Shown here: one piece after another, positions 38,252 to 51,435 of the stretch
How positions within the stretch are numbered: the first letter of the stretch is position 1
Layout of the letters: the number at the start of each line of letters is the position of its first letter
Assembly: GCA_977030845.1 (NCBI GenBank)
Contig: OZ365112.1
Coordinates: 18,724,001 to 18,788,000 of the forward strand
Origin: Fimbriosthenelais zetlandica
Taxonomy: Eukaryota
DNA length: 64,000 nucleotides
Direction: 5' to 3'
Made by a program: the position numbers and the translations under genes
The notes under the pieces: model-generated
Databases searched by the model: none
What the model was told of the DNA's origin: nothing
What the model saw: only the letters and a program-made list of their open reading frames with translations

Positions 38252-41200
38252 TTAGGCAAGGTTGATGTAGACCAGCATAAGAACTAAAAGCACGAGCACC
38301 ATGATGACCCCTAGTGCCAGCCAGATGAGATGAATAAGGCTGTGGGTGTTGGTGGGCTGTGGAGAGGATTTATCTTGTATACTGACGCCATTCTGCGTCA
38401 CAGATTCCACTTTATTGGCGGCACCTAAAATCATTGAAAACCTGTATTTCAGAGGAGTATATGGCCCTAGTGGTTTAATACATACATACAAATCAAAGTT
38501 TCCTCAATTGTCAACATACCAGTTCTCATGTGACATTTCTCTCTTTGCCTATAAAGTCATAATCTTTTCGTGATTTAAGCTGGGCAAAGGCTCATTGATT
38601 ATCGACTACTGGACTTACGGTCAGTTTTACATTCGATGAGTTGGAGAACTAAAGCCCAAATTATGTAGAACACCACCCAAACGACCACAATAACGGTGCC
38701 ACGAAGACGAATTTGTTCCTCAATTAGTGTCACTTGGAAAGACAGGATGATACAAACGACTGGAAAAGATACATATATATATATGTCAAAAAGTCTCGTT
38801 CACTGTGGGCTGGATGATAGTTTTAATATAAAGTCCAGCTGGTCAGATAAGTTAACAGTTATAAATAACGCTCCTGTGGTAGACTCTCCTATAATAACCG
38901 GTTTTTCTAACAACTTGTGTTTCACAACTTGGACGAGTACTGGGTATATTTGAATCAATAAGTTCTCGTTGGAGAAGCACTTTTGCTGGCCATTTAATAA
39001 ATAGTTTCCGGTCTTACCAGCACATGCAAATCCCAATAGACCAGACGACCGGTGGATCCAGTTGAAGATATGTCTTTTTTCCGAGCCTGGGTCTGGGCGA
39101 CATATACCCCCTACTACTTGAATTATCCCCAGGCCTGTAGCTACAATGCCAAACACGGCGTGAACACCAGCATGCTATAAGAAAGGAACAGACATGCATT
39201 CAGGTTATCCCCAATTCCAAGTCGTATAATTATTGACACTGTTGTACAAACGGGAGATTGGAGTAACTTACTTTTGTCCATGCTTGAATGTAGGAAAAGC
39301 TGACTATTATTATTCCGATACTAAGCAAAACTGCCACAAACATGAAGGTTCGGTGGATCTGAAATGAAAAAGATTCATGAATGGCCAGTACATTCTACTC
39401 TATATTATCTATATTTTGATTTTTGATCTATAAAAGTATAGCAATTGATGGATGTTGAGAGAGTATTTTCTCACCTCGAACCAGAGTGCAATGTTACATA
39501 TTTTGTGATGAAGTGTCTGGCGGTAGAAACGCGCTATCATTATACCTAACCCGGCCAATGCCAACCATCCTGTCACCCCCATAGAGGCTGAAACAGTCAA
39601 AGTTTTCCTCAAGTTAGAAGTCTGGTAAATGTAAATGAATATTTTAAATTGAGTATTTATTCATTCTTCATTTAACTAGCGTTTGTGAGGAACCAAGTGG
39701 TCTCTAAACTTAGGCTTTATCTGGTATTGTGTGTACATGAAGATTATTTATGTGAAAATGCTTACCATGGACTTTGAGGACAGTTGAGAAAGTCCTAGCG
39801 GTTACAATCTCTGCCTTAAGTACATTGACCTTCCGTGTTGAAACTAGAGGCAGCACGTGGTGCTGTGACATCACCGTGCTACCTGGGTGGAAGGATTCAA
39901 AATGCTGCTTTACTAAATCATAAATAGACCTATCTTTTAACGGGTCTTTCATTGATTTTATTAAATAATATTAGACGGAAATCCCAAATTGCATAAGGTA
40001 GCGCAACTTCTACTTATATCAGAGAGATGAATCAGTACTGTGTGGGAAGTAAGCAGCAAATTACCTTTGTAAATCTTTCCAAACGCTAGCATGAGGTACC
40101 ACTCCTTAGTAAGGTCTATAGTTAAGTTGCCGGCTACCTCTGGATGGCCAGCCACTTTGATGGTGGTCATTTGGGTTGGACGACTAAATCTACAGTTGAT
40201 CCTCTCTCCATCACGTTTAACTTGAATTCCTGTGACCCCAGTCTAAAATGGAAGATAAAGGATTGCTTATACACTGTGAAGTTCCATCTACAATTCATAT
40301 CTATGGATTTCGATCATTTCATTGAATATGTACGTACGATTGGAACACGGTGATTGTAGAGGGAGGGGTTATACCCACTCTGCATGTCATACTTCACCTC
40401 ACCTCCCTCAATACAAGAGAATGTCTGGTCGTTTGTCTGAAGAAAAAAGGTATTCTGTAACACCAAATATCAAAGGAAAATACATTTAAAAATCCTTGCT
40501 CTATTCTTATGCTGTTCATATTTGTTTCATATGATAGTATGTGGCACAATCTCCTACAATTGGGATCAATTGAGCTGTCTAAATGTTCCCTTCAGCAAAA
40601 ACCAAACCAATGTCTTTCTGGTTGATCGCTCCTTTAACCAAAGGCCTTAGCTTCCAGTGAGCCATTCTTTAACCTGCAACAGAAAAGTAAATACTAACCA
40701 TTTTAACATCATCGGAAAACGCTAAGGAGATATAGCCAGGACTGATGCCCGTCATCTCAAAATCCACCCCAGTGTTCAGCGCATTTGGTTTGTAGGTAAC
40801 AGCATAGCGACAATCACTGCCTCTACAGTTATCTGGGTAAAGCAGACAACCTTTTGTCTTGCCACATTCATCGTCTATGCTTAAACCTGGGCTGAATGTA
40901 TTGAAAACCTGCAAGATCAGTGCAAAAAACTGAACTTGAAATATATTACTAATTTACCAAAGGTAATGTATTCCACAACATGCAAAATTCACGTTATTAT
41001 GGTTGTCATTCATGTGTGACGGACCTTAGATTCGTAAGGTGCTGGTGGAGGGCCTGGCACGAGGGCAGTCAATTTAGCTTCTGTGCCCAATGCCCAAAAT
41101 TGTTCGAATGTTTCTACAAATCCTGCCCTGAAATACATAGATTGACCTGAGGAACTGTTCTCTAAGAGTTTTTATTTTGTCTTGAAAGTATTTTTTATGG

Positions 41201-44200
41201 GAAAATTAACCATTACCTGAAAATGATGTCACCTACTGAAGTCAGGGGTGCCTTCCAGGTGAATTGGACGGATTTTTTTACTTCATTAGTTTTGTGTGTC
41301 ACGCAATTCTAGATTGAAAAATAATTCCCCAAAACATTTGAATTATATCTACTTACATTCATACATTCATAAACCGACTGGAATGTCTTGTTGGACATCC
41401 ATGAGACTAGTTATCATATGCTGTGTTTTTTTATATCTGAGCAACTGATTAATACTCACAATACCGGGGTTGATATTATCAGCTGATGAGGGCCACCAAT
41501 ATAGGCCTTTTGCTGGGCTGGGAAGGCTGGTGAACTTCCCTACAACTACTTCCTGGTCACCATGTTCAGCGTCTCTCTGAGCAATCAACACGAAACCTCT
41601 AAAATCATGGTTACCCGTCTTAGAAGTCAGAGTCACTTTGAAAAGTAAAAATATTTATGATGATATCAGTTGCCAGATGATATGTGATATTATCTTCATA
41701 ATAGTTTTTGTTATTAATATCACGGTTGTGATTTCTTAAAAAAGATAATTGAGGAGAATGTAAATAGTGAAGCACAGACTGACCTGTGATTTCCTGGTCA
41801 GGGTTGTAACTAGAGTTACTGAGTTGAATGATGTAGGGAGAGGCCGATGTTTGTTGCTGGTGACCGCCATGTTTAGCAAAGAGACTAATACAGGTAGAGC
41901 GTGGTGCACCGTCTGGGTAAGCTCTCACTGGAGAAGAGTAAATATACAGGCTACATACAGTCTTATAAACTTTTCACAATTACTTTTTCTCTGAGTGACG
42001 AAACATCAGCATCAGTGATGTGTCTGTTATGTTTCATGTGGTAGGGTACTTATTATTAGGATACCTACCTTAAAATGTAATGCATATAATGAACTGTCAT
42101 GGTTTGTGGTTAACAATATGACTCCCATTATGACTTATTGAAGTAATATAATATATAAGGATTCTGTAAAGTGGTGTCACACGGTCAGTGCATCTTGACA
42201 AATGGTGTAAAGTCATGGATTAAGCTATGCGCAGTACCTATGTATTAGTATACAAATGACACATAAACTCATTCCTGAAGAGATAGGAGCTTGCGCGTCC
42301 CATGTACTTTCATACCTTCACGGTGTTCACCATTGTTGTGTAATATCAGCATCAGTTCAATGTGGGATTTATATTACGGTACAGGTTCTACGGTAACTAA
42401 CTACCATAGTTATACCCCTGTTACTTCCCATTATACAACCTATTGAGGCAATATCCCCTTTGGAATTATGTTAGACCCTTAATATACCGCGTCAAGACAT
42501 CTTGGCATATTATCCTGGCATAACTGATGTGAAGTTATGAATTAAGCTAGAATAAATACAAATGAAACATAACATGGTTATTCCCCAAGAAAGAGAAGCT
42601 TGCACGCTCATGTACATTTCCACGTTCACCATTCTTGTTTAGACTTTGACTCAAATTCACACATCAGTTAAACACGAAGACTTTACCTACTATTTATTGA
42701 CCCATACTTTCCGCCCTAATAAGATGGTCTATTGTAAATAGGGCTGATCCGTACTCTGAATAGAAGCCAACTGTACCCAATTTAAATGCATCACCTGTAA
42801 CCCTAATTTAATATAGACAGGTGTTTGACAAAATGTGCGCCAGTCATGTATGAATTCTAGCTCTCTCAAAGCTCTAATAAAAAACCCTGGATGGTTGGAA
42901 AATATTATATCCTGAAACAAATTTACATTAAGTAAGTAATAGAAGACTAAGAAAAGGCACATTAATATTACTTGTACATGTATGCATGTATGTATGCATG
43001 TATGTATGCAATATTGGGCCACAGATAGAGCATAACCCACTTATGGACCTTTGAGGTAGGGACCTGTCTCATATGTAGGCTACTTATTATAACTTATATG
43101 GTTACTTCGACATTCCTTGGGTGTATTTGATTCACGAGCACGTTGCAAAATGCATGAACATTGGCAAATGTTTTGGACTCCTACCAGTTGGTACCCCAAG
43201 AAGTGCCACATCCTTTTCTAGGTTTCTCTCCCACACAACACTAGCTGGAAATAACCCAGAAAATATCATGTTCAGGTCTATATAATATTAAACCCCCACA
43301 CCCCACCCTGATGACAGGAAAGGCATGGAAACCTTTATAGCAGATGATTTTTTATGTGCCCTTGCCACCCTATTAAAGTTATACATATAAGGCATCAATG
43401 TAAGCTGTGATATTCACAATACATTGCGCTCCACTTAGCTTAAAGTTCGAAGAATATGAAAATTTCTTCAGGTTATCCGAAATTTAGCTTAAACGAAATC
43501 CACATGAATCCTAATTGATTGCAGTAATTATAGCTAGCCGGTTTCATTTAGCTGGAATGTGGGAGCTTATTAAGCCTTTGGGGGAATAATCATAAATGAT
43601 AGTATTCTGCAAAATGATTGCTGTGTTCCTTGTCATAGATACATGTATACATACATTCCCATTCACTATTCTAATCAGAAAGATCCAGATCTTGGACTCT
43701 TGACTATTGTTGGATCATTATACAGGAACGTGGAATTTTAGCTGGAAATGCCACGTAGAAGATCTTTGCTCGCGATTAGTTTAATGCTTGATGGGGACAA
43801 AATAGAGTATACTGAATAACAAAAGTTGATAATAATGGATACTTCTAGGACAAGGGAATGCATATTGATGTAAATTACATAACATTTATACTTTCCTCTT
43901 CCCTGGGGGACGACCGATCTAATAATCTCAAGAACGCAATATACGTGAAGGATCGATTATAAAAACGATTATAACGACATGTAATTGCGTTGAATTGTAT
44001 AGGTGATTCGTTACCGCTATAAAAACACAGAGTATCAGTGTGTCTATGGTATATACAGAGGACAGAGAGTAATGCCTGGTGTGCGCAACACACTACATGT
44101 ATACTCTTTAGAGACAAATACCTTTTAAACTCATTACTTCCTTTTAAGGATCCCGGTCGAGGCCCCAAAATTCGTATGCCTGTTGGTTATATTTTCGGCG

Positions 44201-44693
44201 AGGAATGCTAGGAATGTATATTATATATATCGTAGACCTTTTTATTTCTAGCAGTCAAAGCAAATGATCTAAATTTTGGAATATTGAGAACTGACCTGAT
44301 CTCATTTGTTGACAAGTAGTATTATAGCGGGATAGAATTATTATTGTGGCACTGGAACATTTGTTATTTTGGATGTACATGGAATAATTTGGATAAAGAC
44401 ATTTTAGTATAATTTACTATTGAAGATGATGTTGGGTACAATTATTAGAATAATCCAATTCATATATTATAACACAGCCTGCAGAGAATTCTGAACCTAG
44501 TTGTAGAGAACGGCAAGTAAATAAGAATGGATTTATGGCTGATGAGCATTAGCACATACATTCATTAAGAATGCATAGATTCACATCACCTCTGACCTCA
44601 CCGTCTTACCATACATGAACTTCACTCACCTGGATAACAGAGAAGGAGAAGCTGGAGGGACAGGAGGAGGAGGAGGTGGTTCCCTGTTTCCAT
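38252..44693 (-). CDS. FRRS1: Ferric-chelate reductase 1 (signal peptide, Reeler, DOMON, cytochrome b561, C-terminal TM)
   Basis: Signal-peptide exon 44630-44693 (METGNHLLLLLSLQLLLLCYP, phase 1) joins the Reeler exon at 41927 (VRAYPDGAP..C, DFRGFVLIA, VQFTWKAP). DOMON exon DDECGKTKGCL...GYISLAFSDDVKM. b561 with four His (LKVH, WFEIHR, HAVFG, NWIHR). Last exon ends at 38252. Internal boundaries partly approximate. Confidence 0.93.
42240..42650. repeat. Degenerate duplicated segment (~110 bp, copies near 42240-42345 and 42545-42650) in FRRS1 intron 1
   Basis: Shared blocks on +: ACAAATGA, AGCTTGC(G/A)CG(T/C), CATGTAC, GTTCACCATT. Confidence 0.5.
42975..43012 (+). repeat. Short (TGTA/TGCA) tandem repeat
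   Basis: TACATGTATGCATGTATGTATGCATGTATGTATGCA. Confidence 0.75.
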
Positions 44694-46756
44694 GTCTGAT
44701 GAGGAGCACGATAATAGTTATTGTTTCAACTTATTTAACAAATTATTTAATCTCATGATGAAAAGGTCGCTGAACGCAGTATGAAATGGATAAAACACCC
44801 TCTAATACCATAATGATATTAAAAGATCCATGTGATTCCCTACTAGTATGAATTATCAAAAATATACTAGTACATATCCTTCTATAAAAGCTTACCTTAT
44901 GAAGGGTATTTTTTAATAGATGTATAGCACCCTTCCTCTTCTTTTCACGATTTCCCTTATACCCTTTCAACGACCAAGAGGGAACTGAAGGCTGCTGGTT
45001 GTGCATCCGTGGGTTTAGGGGCGGGGTCAAGTCGGTCTTACCTCGGAGTCCTCGTCGCTCATATATCAGTGTTGGGACGTATACAGAACCGCATCCCTTC
45101 ACCATCCTTGTCCATGGTTGTGTTCGGAATAATTCTGTCTATTGTATTTTTACTTAGATTTTGCTAAAAAGCAGCAAGTTTCTCGAAGGTATTCGATGAT
45201 GGATCGCATTTTAGATAGATCGTATTTTAATGATGCAAAAACGTAATATTGTTTTCAAATACGTTACAGGAACTGTAAAACTTAAAGGTAGAACATAAAT
45301 TAGCATAAATTTTTATTTGTTATATTTTCCTGTCTCTGAGAGAAAGTCTTTTTTTGTCGGACAGAACTTTATATTAGAAACGTTGAGGCTTCGCCTTACT
45401 GTACTGAACAAATATAAACTATATATTACGAAGGCAGAATATGCTGCCTACCTCTGTGAAGAAGAGACGCCTGACTTAACACATGGAAAAGTCGGCCATG
45501 AAAAGATAAATATACCTAGAATATTCTCACAGTATTCTCGACGGTCCTGGGCCAGCCTATAGTCATCTTTGTGTACATGTTATAGTCTGTACATAAGTGA
45601 TAAGGACCCATACATTTATTTACTGGTAAATCAGGCTTTCTCTGATTTAAAGTGAACCAATTATGCATATTCATAATCAATAGTACTTATTGTTTGGGTC
45701 TCGAAATATTCAATTGGAATCGTGAACTTTGACAATTTTCGGACAATGATTGAAGATCCACATCCTGGACTTTGTCCTAAAGTCCACCGGTTTTTAAAGG
45801 ATTGGCTAAACTTGTAAATTTTGTCTACAGTTCTCATATATCCTCATTCTCTAGACCACCTGAGACCTTGTTTCCATGGAGACCCATTCGTCTGTGGGAT
45901 CCCCTGATGGATTGTGCCTGCTCCATCTTTATTGTTTGGACTAAGGATTACAGGAGGAATAGAGCATACTTTGATTTTTTCCACTTCTGAATCTTTACTG
46001 TTTAATAACTTGATAAGATATCGTATCACTTCATTTACTTATGTTGGAAGGCTCAGTGTCATATATGTACATAGGTCTACTTCTTGCTAGCTTTAGGTAA
46101 GACATAATCTCTTAAAGCAGGAGACGGATAGATTTGCACTATCTATTTATTCGATAAGTTTCCATTAGTGAACCTGATATACAACAGTTCATTTCTTGGA
46201 CGACATTAATATAATGCATCTTAATATATTAAGGACTAATTTCTAGAGTGGCATGAATTATACGAGGAATTATATTATATTGAACCATCCACATAATTAT
46301 ACTCTAGATCATGTCACTGTGAAAATACATTATTACAATCTATCGTTATATCCAATATTTAATATGGTTATAACCAAGGTTTATTTAACAATGTAAAAAT
46401 ATAAATCCAACTTATCTCAAACATAACCCATTTGTCACAGGCAAAGGCCTTTGCCACTTTCACATAGCCTACATTTTATTAAAATGTCATCGAAAATTTA
46501 CTAATATGGAATGTACCAGTCCGTAATGTAGAATCAAGACTAGAAGTGTGATAGAATACAACATTGGTAGAGTTAGTGAATTTATATAACAATGAAATAA
46601 CACCATTCCTTTATTCTTCCTATCATTTACCTATCAACGTTACTCTTTGTTGAATTTACTAACGTTATCCTGGAATACTAGACATCAATATACAACTCAT
46701 GGATTCAGTCTATATCATGTCATTTTAACTGCAAAGGATTATTGAATCATCATTGG

Positions 46757-46833
46757 CAGTGGCGGATCCAGGCCAGGGGGGTCGGGTTGGTTTTGACCCC
46801 CTCCCTTCAAATAAGGCCCTGGATCCGCCCCTG
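46757..46833. mobile_element. 77-bp hairpin MITE with 16-bp TIRs and a 5-bp target-site duplication
   Basis: Left end CAGTGGCGGATCCAGG; right end reverse complement CAGGGGCGGATCCAGG (1 mismatch). ATTGG directly flanks both sides (46752-46756 and 46834-46838). Internal GGGGGGTC/GACCCCC inverted repeat. Confidence 0.85.
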
Positions 46834-46920
46834 ATTGGGATTACCTGAAAGAAAAGAAAATTAACAGACAAAAAGACTTTATTCTATTATATGAATACAA
46901 CAAGCAAGGATATGCCCTTT

Positions 46921-49900
46921 TCAGAGATCTAAATAGAGCACTTGCGTAGCGGTTATGGCTCCGCAGAAGCTCAAGACGGAAGCGGAAATAACAACTGCTA
47001 CAGTGCTTCCGCTGTAGTGGATGATGCTGCCCATGAGAGAGGAGAGGAGGAACTGGGCCACAAAAACCATGGAGGAGAGGATAGCTACATCTGTCCCAAG
47101 GCCTCGTACCTGACTCTCCCCCAGGCTGGCTGCAGGAGGATGAGCGGGAGGCTGCTGCTGGTGGCTTCCTTCCGCCACCAATGGCTGGAACTGTTAATAT
47201 GTATAACCAAATATGTACATGTCTCTAACTTACATCTCTAATGTTACTGTTACAATATGGTTTTAATTTTGTAATCGTTGCATTAAGAGTGAAGTTAGCA
47301 GTCTCAAGGGAAATTGATCGGAGTTCTAAGGGCTGCTTAAACCGTAAGTCCCTAATAGTCTGTAGATCAGCACTTTACCCAGGAGACCATATAGTGGCCT
47401 ACAAGCCCACAAATATTAACTCATTATATTGTTATGCTGCCAACAAGCAGCGGCAATGATTCATTTAACTCTGGATAGGCACTGATGAATAGTCTCCCCA
47501 TGTACTCCCACCCCCTCTGCCAGGACAACTACATGCTTGTAACATTCCCTTTCTTTGCTGCACACTGAGCTGGAACATTGATCACCTCCTATGAGCGGGG
47601 CAGGTAATTAAGCATATAGGTAACAGATAGAAGACATGCATGTACATTTATTTACAGAATTCCTCAGCAATAATGTATTGATGTTCTTGTTCAACCAAGC
47701 TTCACGGGGAACGAAATGTCCTTTTACCCCAGCTGGCAATATAGGTGTCCAGATAATACAATCTATAGGCCTACATGTATTGAATCATGATTCAATCGTG
47801 ACTGCTCTTAAAGTCTGATTCGTAAAGTATTGGTGAGGCGGAAGTAAAAGTATCTGATAATATATAATCACAAGGTTAGAGATCCTAAAATCTTTTCTTC
47901 TGTCTCAACCTTTAATATGTGCCAGGCACAATAATTGGCATATTTTTGCCCCAGTTCCAGGACCAGGCGAGTTCTTTCTTCATTGTTTCAATGTTATATT
48001 CGTCAGAGTCATTTGGATGAATCCCCATTTCCCACATGGAGTTCCTATAGAACCAGCTACTACACTGCACTACATCCAGTTCATTGCTAAGACTGGCAGT
48101 GATCTTTTACAACTGCGGAATTCCCATGGTAGCTTGTATTAGGAGAGACAAATCATCACACCTCTCTGGTGCCATGCGTTCAATCAGCCATTCAAACATG
48201 AGCAGAGAGCCTCAGCTTAATGAGTGCCAGTTGTGAACCTTTGATCTGATACAGGCACCGCCTGCTCAAACAAAATGAAAGCTCGCACGGGAATCTCACA
48301 AGTGCTGAACAAGAATTGGAATTCAAGCTTAGAATTGTGGTTATGTTTTTACCTTTTCATCAGAATGTTCCTTTTATAATTATTCCAATTGCCTATCGTT
48401 GTTTAAACAATTTAGTGGGGGTAGCAATTGCCTTTGGATTCACTGTTGTTTTATACAGTGAAAACGATGTAGGTAATATTACATGTATGAGGGACAGCCT
48501 ACTGGGCCAAAGCTTGTCCAAAACCTTTTTCTATTCTGATGAAATCATAACATAGAACTCTGAGAGAAAGAATATGAGAAAGGACTGTAAACTTACCGTG
48601 TTGCTGGAGTGATAATGTGCTATCAGCACGTATGGTATTGTGAACAAGGTAGCATACATGATACCCGCGGTGGGTGACAGTAAGATAACGGTGACTGGAT
48701 GGCGCGTTAGAGCCAGCACCATGCTTCCTACAGTGTACACCAGCTGGCTCAGTATGTAAACCCTCTTGGCTCCTGAAACAGAAGCAGTAAAATATTACAA
48801 CCTGATCATCACCTTTCAAAGATGGTTCATTGTTACATAACTATCGGAAAAGAAATGGACTCAGGCTATACATGGGTTATAACACAATGCTCCCTTTGTT
48901 GTATGCAACTTAAAGCCTATACACGTTTCGAGTTATATTGCTTCATTAGATTTGTGAAGAGAGTAAGGATGGGACTTTATTTCATTAAAGGCTTCCCCTG
49001 CAGCTGGCATAAAGATGATTTAGAGACCTGCATTTTTTCCTTTCCGTGGATAATCAGAATCTGATTAGATCAAAAACTAGGGTGGAGCGATGATCACTGG
49101 AGTTTCTGTGGTGAGCATGGTTCCTCAACAGATGGGACTTAAATAGACTTCATTGCTTCTAATGCAATAGATACTTACTGAAGTAATGAAGTTATCTCAC
49201 ATTGGATATATGAATATGCCGGAGATCAGCAGGATATTGCAAAATATTATCTCTTATCTTGTCCAATTTAAGTGACTTCACCTTCCCTCTTCTGCAGTAT
49301 TTCTATCTGGAGGGATCTGCCGCCTATAGGTTCCTTCCCTTTGCCTCTAAGTCTTCACCCCATTAAACCAAGAATGAAAAGCTTGTTATTTATTAATGTA
49401 ATGCCCTGAACGGGGTATGAAAAACCTGATGCCCAGCGACACATTGAATTATTGATTAAGACATAATGCAATAGGGACAATAGACTTAATTGTTCCACTC
49501 TTGAGGATGGGTAATGAATACGAAAAACCCGTGGAAGCAAAAAGCTCAAATGCAACAGTCTGCTTTGCAATTATCCCCCTGGCCGTTGATTGGACTATTT
49601 TCAAAAGAATCACGTCACCACAATTAGGAACGAATTTGCCCTTGGGAATGGTGCCAATTCAGTTATTCCAACATTTCCAAAACATGAATCACAACATAAG
49701 ATCATGTCCTAACATGAATATTCTCATTAAGACTCAAAGGGCATTGGATATCACCCTTTAACACCTGGTCATCTGTAACAACTGTTTTGTCTCATTGTAA
49801 ATTTGGTTAATATTACTCACCGTATTTTTTAATTATCCTTTCAATTGAGAGTGAATATAAGGAGCAGGACAGTGAATAAAGCGACATCCCAAATGATCCC

Positions 49901-51435
49901 ATACGCACACCTTTCTGGTAAAGCTGATGTGCAGGACTTCCCTCTGGTGAAGAAGGGTCTCCACCATAAACTGCCTGACCAACAAAATCAGTGAAGTAAA
50001 GTGAATAGCACACCAGTGACATCCAGCAGAATAGGTTAGTGAGGCATAGAATGGCAATGCTCCGAGGCATTTTAATGATGGATTTGAGGTAGGTCTTCAA
50101 GGAAACTGGCTCTATGATGGGTTCATTGTCTGTTTTCTTGGGAGTCTGTGCTTCCATTGCCTCTGTGTCCCCCTTATTGGGAGGGACTTGGTTTTGGTAG
50201 GAAGGGGGAAAGTCATTGGCTAGTTCTGTGTCATAGGTGCTATCGTTTTTGATCGGTTGAGGTTTATGTTCAGCATCTTCAGGCCAGGTGTTGTTTTTTA
50301 CTCGGCCTTGACTCAGTGAGGTTTCCTCATTTGCTACCTTCCCCTTTGTTTCATCCTCACTGGTCTCGCTCTCTTCATTGGTGAATTTTTTATATTTTTT
50401 CCCACACTTCCGTTTCCGTTTCTTCTGTAGATCCTCTTCAGTGATACCAAGTTTATCAAGGGGCATTTCCTTGATAGAAGTGATGGTCAAAATAAGGCAG
50501 ATTATGTACATAAATAGAACTATGGAGAATACTACACGGACTTGGCTACCGAAGGATGCCCCGACTGATGTGCTCCCCCAGTCGATACCACCAAAGATAT
50601 AACCCAGGCAACCTCCAAGGCCAGCCAAGACTGTGAAGGTGCTCAGCCCGAGAGAATGGTCTTCCTTAATGGTGACATCTAACATGTATGCCCGACAGGG
50701 GGATTGGCAGGCATCACAGCTGAAGTCCAGCATAACCACGCCAATAACTGTGAAGAGGATGCTCCAAGTGTGCGGTATAATGTGACCATTAGCTACTTCA
50801 GGAGTTGTATCTGAAGTAGCCATATCAGTCACTGCTGAGGACACCATCATTTCTGGCATGATGGACTCCATGACATAGTCATCATGGCTCTTATTGTACT
50901 CACTCCTGAATTCACCACTGGATCCAGTAAACATCCCAATTACTGGTTCTGTTGTTGCTTCCAGTGCAGATTGGATGTGAACTTCATACACATCTCCTAT
51001 CAGTTTTCCGATGGATTTACCCTCGGGAACAAGTATTAGACCCAAAACAATGCCGCAAGACAGGATCATGATGAATGGTCTTCGTCGTCCAATGCGGGAG
51101 GGACACTTGTCACTGAGTGAACCTAAAATAGGCACCAGAAAGATGCCCAGAAGTGGACTTAGACACCAGACCAAAGTCATATACATGACCGGAACACCAA
51201 TCTGGAGCAGTATCGGGGTGACAAAAGCTGTTTCTGCTGCATAACAGAATTCTATACCGCAGACACATGCACTGATGAGGACGAGTTGGAGGCGAGTCTT
51301 TCTCTGAGTCAGGTGGGAGAAGTCATCGTCTTCTTTGAGGGCAAACTTCGACTGGACATGCGTCAGTATGGTCTCCTTGGGTAGTTCATCCTTCACATTA
51401 TTGAGGGCTCGAAACATTGACGCAACCAGCGTCAT
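46921..51435 (-). CDS. SLC45A: SLC45 family H+/sugar symporter (MATP/SLC45A-like), ~686 aa
   Basis: Exons 49821-51435, 48597-48772, 46921-47190 (2061 nt, in frame). Motifs GIEFCYAAETAFVTPILLQIG, SDKCPSRIGRRRPFI, LDFSCDACQSPCRAYMLD, NLFCWMSLVCYSLYFTDFVGQAVYGGDP, RGLGTDVAILSSMVFVAQ. Paralog not resolved. Confidence 0.95.

Noticed and set aside
38800-38990. ORF-track continuation of FRRS1 (VLVQVVKHKLLEKP...)
   Set aside because: A phase-consistent exon at about 38620-38760 supplies the expected TM helices, so this segment is intronic.
39570-39770. Apparent loss of the first heme-ligating His in the FRRS1 b561 domain (ORF track reads TVSASMGVTGW)
   Set aside because: This is an intron artefact: the upstream exon ends LKVH-G|GTAAGC and joins the acceptor GTTTCAG|CC, restoring LKVHASMGVTGW. 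All four His are present.
42240-43040. Hydrophobic short ORFs as the FRRS1 signal-peptide exon
   Set aside because: None has a phase-1 donor; the exon at 44630-44693 fits both phase and signal-peptide character.
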